DNA from: a virus
Length of the DNA stretch: 64,000 nucleotides
Virus record (IMG/VR): IMGVR_UViG_2872351278_000001
Coordinates: 43,115 to 107,114 of that record
Strand: one strand, 5' to 3'
Below are positions 41,020 to 49,085 of this stretch, piece by piece. The position numbers and the translations under genes were made by a program. Positions within the stretch are counted from its first letter, which is position 1; each line of letters opens with the position of its first letter. The notes under the pieces are model-generated. The model was not told the DNA's origin and did not search any database. It saw only the letters and a list, made by a program, of their open reading frames with translations.

Positions 41020-42819
41020 TTAATGAGTTGAATTATATACTCCGTATAAAGCCATATTAACTCTAGCTCTACATCTTTTATTTAATCCTTCGCTATAAAT
41101 TCCATTAGCTTTATTCCATTGCATTAAATATCTTTCTATGTCACTTTTGTTCCCACTAATTAATGCTTTCCATGTGTTCCCACCAATTAGGCTTCCTAAC
41201 CCTGCATTATAAGCTATATCAACCATGCAATCAAAACGATTTTGTGATATTTGTGTGTTACCCAACACATTTTTAATTTTATTAGCACACTTATTTACTT
41301 CATCTTTTAACCATGTAGTAGCCTGTTCTTTAGTACAAGTAGAATTTATTCCATTAGGAAAAGCTGATTGGTTTGCAGTTTTAGTTGTACCATATCCAAT
41401 AGTAAGATATGTGTCTTTATTACCATATCCATCATAATAAGCTTTTGAGTAAAAAGACTCCCATCCTTTTATAAATTCTATTAAATTGTCACTAACTAAA
41501 GAATTATTTTCTATCAATTGCCCTTTTTCATTAAAAGTATAGTATTTTCCATCTATTAATATAGTACAATTTCTATAACAGTAACCTTTGTCTATATCTA
41601 AATAGTACCAATATTCTCCTTCTTTCAACCAACCAATAATCATTTTCCCTTTAGTTCCATCTGAATTAGGATTTAAGTAATACCATTTACCACCTTCAAA
41701 TATCCATCCTATTTTCATTTTTCCATTGTTATCTAAATAGAACCAATCGTTGTTTTTATCTTTATACCAACCTGTGATCATTTTTCCTTTTTTATTGAAT
41801 ATATACCAATTCCCCTTAATACATTGCCAAGAATCTTTAATCATTTTACAACTACCTTGCTCTAAATAGTACCAACTGTTATCAAAAACCCAATCACCAT
41901 CTATTACAAATGTATTTTTAAAGTAATACCATTCTCCTTTTATTTCTTTCCATCCATTATTAAATAAATCTTTACCGTTATCTGAATAAATCCATTTATC
42001 TGATTGTTTATCTTTATCCCAACCAATTTTATATTTAGTTGTTGTGATTCTTTTAGGAATATCAGTAAATCCCCAAATTTCATTTATTAATTTAGTATCT
42101 TTAGCATTAATCCAACAGTAACCATTTAAACACCAATATTTACCCCAACTATTCAAAATTTTCAACCAAAGTTCTCCATCCTCATATTTGTATCCATAGC
42201 AAGCCATCGCATGATTTCCACACCTTTCACCTATTGATGGATATAGTACTTTACCATCTGTTCCCGGTCTATTAACTTTGTAAAAACTATCATACAATCT
42301 TGTTGTAATAACTAAAGGTTTCTTTTCATTAAATAAATAATTTGGAATATCTTCTATATTAACTTTTACATATGATTGACATTTTAATTGTTTAGCTTTT
42401 TCTATAAGTTCTTTTTTATTATTTAATTTATCAAAAGATTCACTTACACTTGGATAATCTTCTAAGTTCGGAAAATCTGACTTAGATACTATTCCACTTT
42501 CACAAGCTAATTTCATAATCTCTCTTGTTACAGCTCCCTTGCCTAGTTGACAATCATATTTGTCTCTCATCGCATTTAAAAATCCATCAGATACATAATC
42601 ATTAACGTTATTTATAGTCTCTATAACTGAACTTACTGATTGAAAACTACAGGTGGATGTTTGTAATTGATTCCTAGGAATAAAAGGATATTCTATTTCA
42701 AAAATGTTTGGTATTTCAGAATCAGTATTACAACATAAATCTTTATAATTGTAATCTCTTAAATCTATTGGAGAATCTAATACTCCATCTAAAGGTATAT
42801 TTTTATAATCCATTTTCAT
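41020..42819 (-). CDS. endolysin: papain-like C1 peptidase + cell-wall-binding repeats + GH24 lysozyme
   Basis: QLQTSTC / NHAM / NSWG triad; GW...WYY..G.M repeats; WESF..YYD..TIGYG..YNAG..GL..R. Confidence 0.85.
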   Translation of the reverse strand: MKMDYKNIPLDGVLDSPIDLRDYNYKDLCCNTDSEIPNIFEIEYPFIPRNQLQTSTCSFQSVSSVIETINNVNDYVSDGFLNAMRDKYDCQLGKGAVTREIMKLACESGIVSKSDFPNLEDYPSVSESFDKLNNKKELIEKAKQLKCQSYVKVNIEDIPNYLFNEKKPLVITTRLYDSFYKVNRPGTDGKVLYPSIGERCGNHAMACYGYKYEDGELWLKILNSWGKYWCLNGYCWINAKDTKLINEIWGFTDIPKRITTTKYKIGWDKDKQSDKWIYSDNGKDLFNNGWKEIKGEWYYFKNTFVIDGDWVFDNSWYYLEQGSCKMIKDSWQCIKGNWYIFNKKGKMITGWYKDKNNDWFYLDNNGKMKIGWIFEGGKWYYLNPNSDGTKGKMIIGWLKEGEYWYYLDIDKGYCYRNCTILIDGKYYTFNEKGQLIENNSLVSDNLIEFIKGWESFYSKAYYDGYGNKDTYLTIGYGTTKTANQSAFPNGINSTCTKEQATTWLKDEVNKCANKIKNVLGNTQISQNRFDCMVDIAYNAGLGSLIGGNTWKALISGNKSDIERYLMQWNKANGIYSEGLNKRCRARVNMALYGVYNSTH

Positions 42820-43005
42820 TTATATATCATCTTCCTTTCACATCTTATTAATTAAAAAGAGACAAATAAAAAAGACCATAAATCTAATTTACCGTCTCTA
42901 ACAACTTCTTTATTCTCTTAAATACTCATGTTTACTACGTTTTTCAAACCTAATAAGAATTTAAAATTGCTATTTTATATACCACTTAATATTCGTGATT
43001 TATTG

Positions 43006-43161
43006 CTATTGCGAAATAACTTTTATAAAATCTTCTCCAGTTATTTCTTTAAATTGTTCTATTGTAATATCTCCAAATTTATTTTTTTCTGTAATAACAG
43101 CTTGTCTTATAAAATTAGCATCACATACCTTCATATCAAAAACCATTTTCCAAAATTCCAT
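43006..43161 (-). CDS. XkdX-family small protein (51 aa, absent from ORF track)
   Basis: MEFWKMVF...AV...GDITIEQFKEITGEDF; GGTGG RBS. Confidence 0.75.
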   Translation of the reverse strand: MEFWKMVFDMKVCDANFIRQAVITEKNKFGDITIEQFKEITGEDFIKVISQ

Positions 43162-43505
43162 TATTTATTACCACCTTTCAATTCCATAATTTCTACTTTT
43201 AATTCTGCTAGAGATTTTAAAGTATTGGTTGCAATAACATCTTTTTTCATATTATCCACTTTTAAATTTGCTATTTCTTTTAATAAAATTTCTTCTTTAG
43301 TTGGTTCTTTTTTAGGTGGATTATTTTTTTTATCTAAATATTCTTGATATACTTCATTAGCACTCTTTATAATTTCATATTTAAATACTTTCTCTTTTAC
43401 TCCATCAACTTCTGTTTCTTCTATAATTAAATTAGTTAATGGAGTAAAAGTTTTCCCATTAAATTCTTTCCACATTTCTTGATATTCTTTTTCTGTTGCT
43501 ATCAT
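43161..43505 (-). CDS. tail fibre-associated protein (XkdW-like position)
   Basis: Lies between fibre and XkdX; EPTKEEIL..EIA.L coiled-coil tail. Confidence 0.6.
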   Translation of the reverse strand: MIATEKEYQEMWKEFNGKTFTPLTNLIIEETEVDGVKEKVFKYEIIKSANEVYQEYLDKKNNPPKKEPTKEEILLKEIANLKVDNMKKDVIATNTLKSLAELKVEIMELKGGNK

Positions 43506-45322
43506 TAATCAATCCTCCACATCATATAAAAATCCATGTCGACACCTTGAATCGGAAAGGTTGTAATATCACTGACAGCAACATTACCGTTATTTTCTAT
43601 TATCACACCAAAAAATGGATTACCAGCACGTTGATGAACATAAAAAGACTGTTGGTACTTAGGTCTAAATCCTTCTGGAATATTAAATATAGTCGTTCCA
43701 ACAGAACTGACCCCTACAGTACCTTGAAAATGTATATAACATAAACTACCAGTTTTCGTAATTTTAAGTTCTCCATAACGCTTAATCCAACCATTCAATA
43801 ATGTTATTTCAGTACTTTCAGTTGTAGCTAGTTGTTGCCATTTTGTCCAAGTACCGCTTATTAGACTACGTTTTAATAATTCATTACCAGTAGCATAACC
43901 AATTTGTATTCCAAAATTAGCACTATTCAAGTAAGTGTCGACAATTCCTTCTACACATCCTGATGTTAAACCTTGTTTATATGGGGTATTTAACGTATTA
44001 GAATTAGTTCTATGAGTAGTTCTTTTGCCTACAATACCACAATTATTGGCATCAGATATATATGCATTTGAGCCATCAATATCTTTTATATTTTTCGCAC
44101 AGTCTTTCAATTGTGAAGCTATATCTCCATCTTTTGTAATATCTACTTGTCCAATTGTTTTTAAAATGTTAGATTTATCTCTTTCTAACCTTGTATTTAA
44201 ATCTATTTCATTATCCCTAGCTGTAGTAATTTCTGTTTTCATCAAATTAATATCTTTTGATATCTCAGAAACATCTCCAAACTCATTCATTTGTTTTATT
44301 TTTTCATCTGCTACTTTACACTCTGCAACGACTTCCTGTTTCTTTGTTTCTGCATTACTAGTAGTTTCTAACAATATTGTGTTTGATAAATCTGCATTTT
44401 TTTTACTTATATCTAAATCAGATTTTGATTTATCAGCTTGTGGAATCAATTCTGTTAAATCAGTTTTTAATTGCGTTCCTGTTTTTATATTAGTGTTCAA
44501 GTCGGTTTTAAGAGTTGTACCTATAGGAATTTTCAAACCTAAATCATTATCTAATTTAGTACCCGTCTCTATTTTTTCAGAAATATTAACTATGGTTTCA
44601 TTTGCAATAACATTCTTATTTGTTAAAGTTTCTATATTTTTACTGGCTGTAGTATTTTTCGTATCTAATTCTTTTTGATTTGTTTCTGCTAATTTATTAG
44701 ATTTTACAAGATTACTGTTTAACTCAGTTCCAGTTGTTATGTTTCCTTCCAATGTAGTATTTATAGCTTTTGCTTCATTAGTTGTTTTAATTAATGCATC
44801 TTTTTGTTTTATCGCTTCTTTAATAGCTTTTTTAAATTCATCTTCAATATTATATGCTTCATTCAGTATCCAATCCAAATCTTCTAATTTTGTTATAGTA
44901 GATTCACATATATTTGCCCTATCTGTTTCTAATGGATCAGCTACAATTCTCATTGTTATAATTCTAGTAGCTTTTTGTTTATTTTCAGTGTTAAATATTC
45001 TTAATACTCCATTTAATTGACCACTATAAGCAGTTAGTTTATTTCCGTTCTTACTTTGACAAATTATCTTAACTGAACCATCTGCACCTAAAACAACATT
45101 CTCATTTTGTGTTTGTATATAATCTGTGTTTGAATTATTATTATGAACTCTTAACTCAACTTTATATTTAGACATATCTTCTTCAATTCCATTATTTCTA
45201 CATATAAAGTTTAATGTCAAAGTATCATTTTGATTTGCTTGTATATCTAATCCTAAACCATAGCTTGTATTCTTTAAGTCTATAAAAATAGGATCTAATT
45301 CAAATGGACTATAAGTTGTCAT
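43505..45322 (-). CDS. baseplate upper / receptor-binding tail fibre protein
   Basis: BppU-like N-terminus, long coiled coil, knob-like WTKWQQLATT, C-terminal LLNGW..IPEGFRP. Confidence 0.75.
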   Translation of the reverse strand: MTTYSPFELDPIFIDLKNTSYGLGLDIQANQNDTLTLNFICRNNGIEEDMSKYKVELRVHNNNSNTDYIQTQNENVVLGADGSVKIICQSKNGNKLTAYSGQLNGVLRIFNTENKQKATRIITMRIVADPLETDRANICESTITKLEDLDWILNEAYNIEDEFKKAIKEAIKQKDALIKTTNEAKAINTTLEGNITTGTELNSNLVKSNKLAETNQKELDTKNTTASKNIETLTNKNVIANETIVNISEKIETGTKLDNDLGLKIPIGTTLKTDLNTNIKTGTQLKTDLTELIPQADKSKSDLDISKKNADLSNTILLETTSNAETKKQEVVAECKVADEKIKQMNEFGDVSEISKDINLMKTEITTARDNEIDLNTRLERDKSNILKTIGQVDITKDGDIASQLKDCAKNIKDIDGSNAYISDANNCGIVGKRTTHRTNSNTLNTPYKQGLTSGCVEGIVDTYLNSANFGIQIGYATGNELLKRSLISGTWTKWQQLATTESTEITLLNGWIKRYGELKITKTGSLCYIHFQGTVGVSSVGTTIFNIPEGFRPKYQQSFYVHQRAGNPFFGVIIENNGNVAVSDITTFPIQGVDMDFYMMWRID

Positions 45323-45478
45323 AATATCACTTTCCTTTCTTTTATATCTCGTTTATTTTTCTGTACGCTAAAAAGAGTCCAAAATACATCGGACCCTTGT
45401 AATAATTGTTAATTTATAGATTTTATGGTATAATTATTTTGCCATCTCGAACAAACTTAAGGGATGGGAGGCGATAGC

Positions 45479-45592
45479 ATGAGACTCTTCAAACGAAAAT
45501 CGAATGATAATGAATTGGTAATGGTTAAGCTTATATTCTATATATCATTGCTTGATTGTTTAAAGCCAATTGTTAAATACATATTTAGTTAA
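45479..45592 (+). CDS. 37-aa hydrophobic peptide, putative type I toxin (absent from ORF track)
   Basis: Promoter TTGTTA(45406)-17-TGgTATAAT(45429), GGAGG RBS, MRLFKRKSNDNELVMVKLIFYISLLDCLKPIVKYIFS; antisense to surrounding genes. Confidence 0.65.
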   Translation: MRLFKRKSNDNELVMVKLIFYISLLDCLKPIVKYIFS

Positions 45593-45729
45593 TCCCTTTA
45601 ACTAAAATACAAATGATAAGATAGTTTAAATATAAAGACAAGCATTTTATGAAATCTTATACAATGTGATTGGTACTCACATGAGATGGTAGATATATTC
45701 ACAATTTGCTTGTCTTTTACTATTTTTAT

Positions 45730-45813
45730 GTATAAAAATAAGACCCCGTGGTACTCAGTGTCTTATCTCGCATGAAACTCTTATATTTAAATTTATTGTT
45801 TAACTTCTTTACA
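45730..45813 (-). ncRNA. putative antitoxin sRNA (ends approximate)
   Basis: Minus-strand TTGACA(45847-42)-16-TGaTATAAT(45825-20); terminator ATAAGAC/GTCTTAT with T tract; complementary to the toxin start region and to a 3' loop of the toxin mRNA. Confidence 0.6.
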
Positions 45814-45927
45814 ATTACTATTATATCATCTACATAGATGATGTCAACACCTCTATTGTTAAATTTTATCTTTTAATTGGTTTTTTATGTAAGGATACCA
45901 ATTTTACTTAATATCCTTACAATATTT

Positions 45928-46341
45928 CTAAAACAATCCTAATGTTAACTTTTCTTCTATTTTATCTCTATTAACAATAATTTCTAATTCTGTAAACTTA
46001 TCATTTATGTAGTCACATTTAAGTAACTTGTCCTTTAATTCTGTTTCTTTAACATTTAATATTTCAAATATATTGTCATATTCGCATGGAATGTATTCTT
46101 CACCCTTTTGAATAAACCATTCTTCATACCTAAAAGAATTAATAAATTTAATTAAGTTTTTTAATGCCTTAGTTCTTTCATTATCTATAATTCTATCCTT
46201 ATCATAATCATAGTTCTCTAAGAACTCACAGTAGTTATCTGTATTATATTTTAGATTATATCTTTCTAACCATCTACCACAATTTATAAATAATAATTGC
46301 ATTTTGTTAAGTTCTTGTACATTTTGATTTGTTAATTCCAT
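45928..46341 (-). CDS. hypothetical protein
   Basis: 137-aa ORF coupled to the antirepressor gene. Confidence 0.6.
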   Translation of the reverse strand: MELTNQNVQELNKMQLLFINCGRWLERYNLKYNTDNYCEFLENYDYDKDRIIDNERTKALKNLIKFINSFRYEEWFIQKGEEYIPCEYDNIFEILNVKETELKDKLLKCDYINDKFTELEIIVNRDKIEEKLTLGLF

Positions 46342-46343
46342 TA

Positions 46344-47138
46344 TTAATCCACCGCCTTTATAGGATTGTCAATAACGTCCTCATAAGACAAAGTGTCTAT
46401 ATAACTATGAACTTTTTTATATTTTTCAATAGGTATATCCTCCCATTTAGTTACATTAAAGAACTCAAAAACATTTTGTTTTGCTTCTTTATATTCATAA
46501 GAAGTTGCCCAAAGTTTTCTTTTAAATATTATCTCTAAATGTTCTTTAAGATATTTACTTAATTTTATAGTGTTTGCTGATTTCATACCACAAAGTTCTC
46601 TTATATCATCTATCTGAGAATCTTTTACTTGAATACTATCCTTAACAAATTCTTGTAATCCTACAAATGCCTGTCCTATCTGTCCCATTGTTGAAGCTAC
46701 TAAATTCATCTGATTTGCAATATTTCCTAATTGTTCTATTTGATTACCATTAGTTAGTTCTCCTTTAGAATATTTTTCATCTAATTGTGCTAACCATGAT
46801 TTATATTGCATAGCTGAATCACTGTGGCACTCCATCGCCAACCTAGAAGTTAAATATCTTGACATAAAAATTTGTGTTCTATCATCTGTATTTTCTATTT
46901 CATCTAATATGTAGTTCAATTCCTCTATATATTGTGGCTCCAAAGTTTGACCCTTACTACCTATAGTGTTTAATTTTTCTTTTATTCTACTCCATCTTAT
47001 TTTAATAGACCCATTTGGTTTTGTTTGAATTAAACTACACACCTTAGCTGTATTACATAAATTTATTAATGTTTGTCCATTATCTGTTATAACCTTTACC
47101 TCATCATTATTAAATAATACTAATTGTTGGTTTTTCAT
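46344..47138 (-). CDS. phage antirepressor-like protein with ORF6C-like C-terminus
   Basis: N-terminal FNNDEVKVI..LINL; RLAMEC.S..A..YK.WLA; C-terminal FNV.KWEDIP.EKY.KV..YI. Confidence 0.7.
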   Translation of the reverse strand: MKNQQLVLFNNDEVKVITDNGQTLINLCNTAKVCSLIQTKPNGSIKIRWSRIKEKLNTIGSKGQTLEPQYIEELNYILDEIENTDDRTQIFMSRYLTSRLAMECHSDSAMQYKSWLAQLDEKYSKGELTNGNQIEQLGNIANQMNLVASTMGQIGQAFVGLQEFVKDSIQVKDSQIDDIRELCGMKSANTIKLSKYLKEHLEIIFKRKLWATSYEYKEAKQNVFEFFNVTKWEDIPIEKYKKVHSYIDTLSYEDVIDNPIKAVD

Positions 47139-47203
47139 TATTAATCTCTCCTTAAATATATTAAATTATTTGATAATACCTAAAGGATATGATATAATGA
47201 TGA

Positions 47204-47285
47204 TGACGATAACAATATCTTTAGATATTATTCAATTGTGTTTAGAAATCTGTAACTTTGGTCGGAGACAGATTTCTTTTTTATT
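47204..47285 (+). ncRNA. putative antisense sRNA upstream of the antirepressor (ends approximate)
   Basis: TTGATA(47170)-17-TGaTATAAT(47193); terminator AGAAATCTGT-loop-ACAGATTTCT with T tract. Confidence 0.5.
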
Positions 47286-47484
47286 TTCTTTTTAAATTGT
47301 TTTTTATAACTTCTAAGGCTTCTGTACTAAATATATAATTTCTTTTTCCTGCACTTCTCATGTCTACATTGGAAATCAATCCTTCATCTTGAAGCTTTTT
47401 TGCTAATCTTATAAGATACGCAGGTGATAAATCTAACTTGTCAGAAACTTCTTTGGTTATAAAAACATCATTTACATTTGTCAT
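47281..47484 (-). CDS. small winged-HTH DNA-binding protein
   Basis: TKEVSDKLDLSPAYLIRLAK..R.AGKRNYIFS. Confidence 0.7.
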   Translation of the reverse strand: MTNVNDVFITKEVSDKLDLSPAYLIRLAKKLQDEGLISNVDMRSAGKRNYIFSTEALEVIKNNLKRK

Positions 47485-47536
47485 ATTTACTCCTTCCTAC
47501 ATATTAAGTTGTACATCAAACTTACAACTTAATATT

Positions 47537-47565
47537 ATTATACTAATGTAAAATTATAATGTCAA
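47537..47565 (-). promoter_or_regulatory. consensus sigma-A promoter for the HTH-antirepressor operon
   Basis: TTGACA-17-TATAAT on the minus strand; 13-bp inverted repeat (47501-13/47523-35) at the start site. Confidence 0.75.
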
Positions 47566-47623
47566 TATATTTTTAGGAATTATTTTCTAATTATTTTTCA
47601 TAATATTTCCTATCTACAATTAC

Positions 47624-47674
47624 ATATTAGCATTAATAATTTCTATTGTCAAGAATTAATTTAATAATTTGTTT
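47624..47674 (-). promoter_or_regulatory. sigma-A promoter with conserved upstream element
   Basis: Minus strand AAACAAATTATTAAATTAATtcTTGACA-17-TGcTAATAT. Confidence 0.7.
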
Positions 47675-47737
47675 AAGAGCTTGTAAAAATATCTTCTTAC
47701 ATAACAAAAAGAACTCAATACAGCTTGTACCAAGTTC

Positions 47738-48112
47738 TTAATTGCCTATACAATATATTTTTATAAGTTCTATTATTTCTTCTTTTGTAGGAATTCTATT
47801 ATCATCTTTCTTATGATATATAGTAATTAAAAACACTATATTATTTTCGTCTTCTACATAATATATTAGTCTGTAACCATTAGACTTTCCTTCATTTGTG
47901 TTAGAATTTGCTGATCTCACTTTATAAGTCTTATCTTTTAAGCGTAGATTAGTAATTTCATCACCACTAAAAATTCCGACTTGTATTTCTTTTAATAACG
48001 GATTTATATCTTTAATAATTTTAGTAAATTTTTTCTTTTTGATATAAAATTTTATATCATCATTAAATTTATCTGTTGGTATTACTTCATACGTTTGTAT
48101 CGTTTCCTTCAT
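47738..48112 (-). CDS. RelE/HigB-family type II toxin
   Basis: YKVR.ANS....GKSNGYRLIYYV....VFLITIY.K. Confidence 0.8.
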   Translation of the reverse strand: MKETIQTYEVIPTDKFNDDIKFYIKKKKFTKIIKDINPLLKEIQVGIFSGDEITNLRLKDKTYKVRSANSNTNEGKSNGYRLIYYVEDENNIVFLITIYHKKDDNRIPTKEEIIELIKIYCIGN

Positions 48113-48272
48113 TCTCTCTTTCCACTTCCTCAATCCATTCATTCCAAAGTGTTTGACTTTCTTTTAATGACTTAAATTTTCTTTTCCCTTGTTTATATTC
48201 CCCTATTTGTTTAAAACTCTCTTGAATAGACTTCAATACTGTACAAGGTCTTTGTAATGTATTAGTGTTCAT
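48087..48272 (-). CDS. putative cognate antitoxin
   Basis: 61 aa, upstream of and overlapping the toxin; SIQESFKQI..YKQGK..; GGAGGG RBS. Confidence 0.65.
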   Translation of the reverse strand: MNTNTLQRPCTVLKSIQESFKQIGEYKQGKRKFKSLKESQTLWNEWIEEVERENEGNDTNV

Positions 48273-48630
48273 ACTAACACCCTCCCCTGTCTGTCCTCTT
48301 ATATTTTTTCTCACCCTCATTAAAATCTTACATTTGACTAAATATCTTCTGATTACCATAATTATACCACCTAACTTTACATATTTGTACAGTTTGTCGA
48401 ACGATTTATTGTACTTCTTTACAAATTTGTTATACAATAATACAGTCGCTATAAATATTTTACCATTAATTGGTAATTATGTGTATATAATCGTAACAAA
48501 AATTTAGACATTATTTCTATTTTTATGCATACAAAAGACATATGAAAATAAGCGTATAATAAAAAGACATCTATTATAATTAACAGATGTCTATAAAAAA
48601 TAAATAATACTATATGAAATTATTTATTTT

Positions 48631-48987
48631 CTAAAATATCATTACACCATTGCTATCAAAAGTCATTCCACTTAATGTACAATCTTTAACCATAACACCT
48701 GTTTCTCTAAAATAATACCATTTTCCATCTATACATTGAATTCCTTTAGCCATTATTCCGTCTAAACCAAAGTAATACCATGTTCCTCCTTGATTTAACC
48801 AACCTATTTTCATTTTTCCGTCTTCGTAATATGTCCATTTAGATGCTTCTTTTGAGTAAGTCCATCCATATGCTTTATCCCAGTTGTCGTCATCTAAACT
48901 TCTTGCATTTACTGCTATTGACACATTGCTTAATAAAGTTATTCCCAACATAAGAGTTATTATAGATTTTTTTATTAATTTAACCAT
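48631..48987 (-). CDS. secreted cell-wall (choline-type) binding repeat protein
   Basis: Signal peptide; GW....WYYF...G.M repeats only; own promoter-like sequence and terminator. Confidence 0.8.
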   Translation of the reverse strand: MVKLIKKSIITLMLGITLLSNVSIAVNARSLDDDNWDKAYGWTYSKEASKWTYYEDGKMKIGWLNQGGTWYYFGLDGIMAKGIQCIDGKWYYFRETGVMVKDCTLSGMTFDSNGVMIF

Positions 48988-49085
48988 ATCATTCTCCTTA
49001 ATTTTAATTAAATTGTAAATGTTTTATTTAAATACATTTTATCACATATTTCCCAAATAGTCAATATATTTTTAATTTAATTTAT

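Noticed and set aside
43505..45322. Diversity-generating retroelement or shufflon at the tail fibre
   Set aside because: No reverse transcriptase, template/variable repeat pair or duplicated fibre tips in the window
48394..48400. Spo0A box TGTCGAA upstream of the TA pair
   Set aside because: A single 7-mer, expected by chance
48273..48437. Longer 116-aa version of the antitoxin ORF
   Set aside because: The best RBS precedes ATG 48272, and the upstream part contains promoter-like TGGTATAAT
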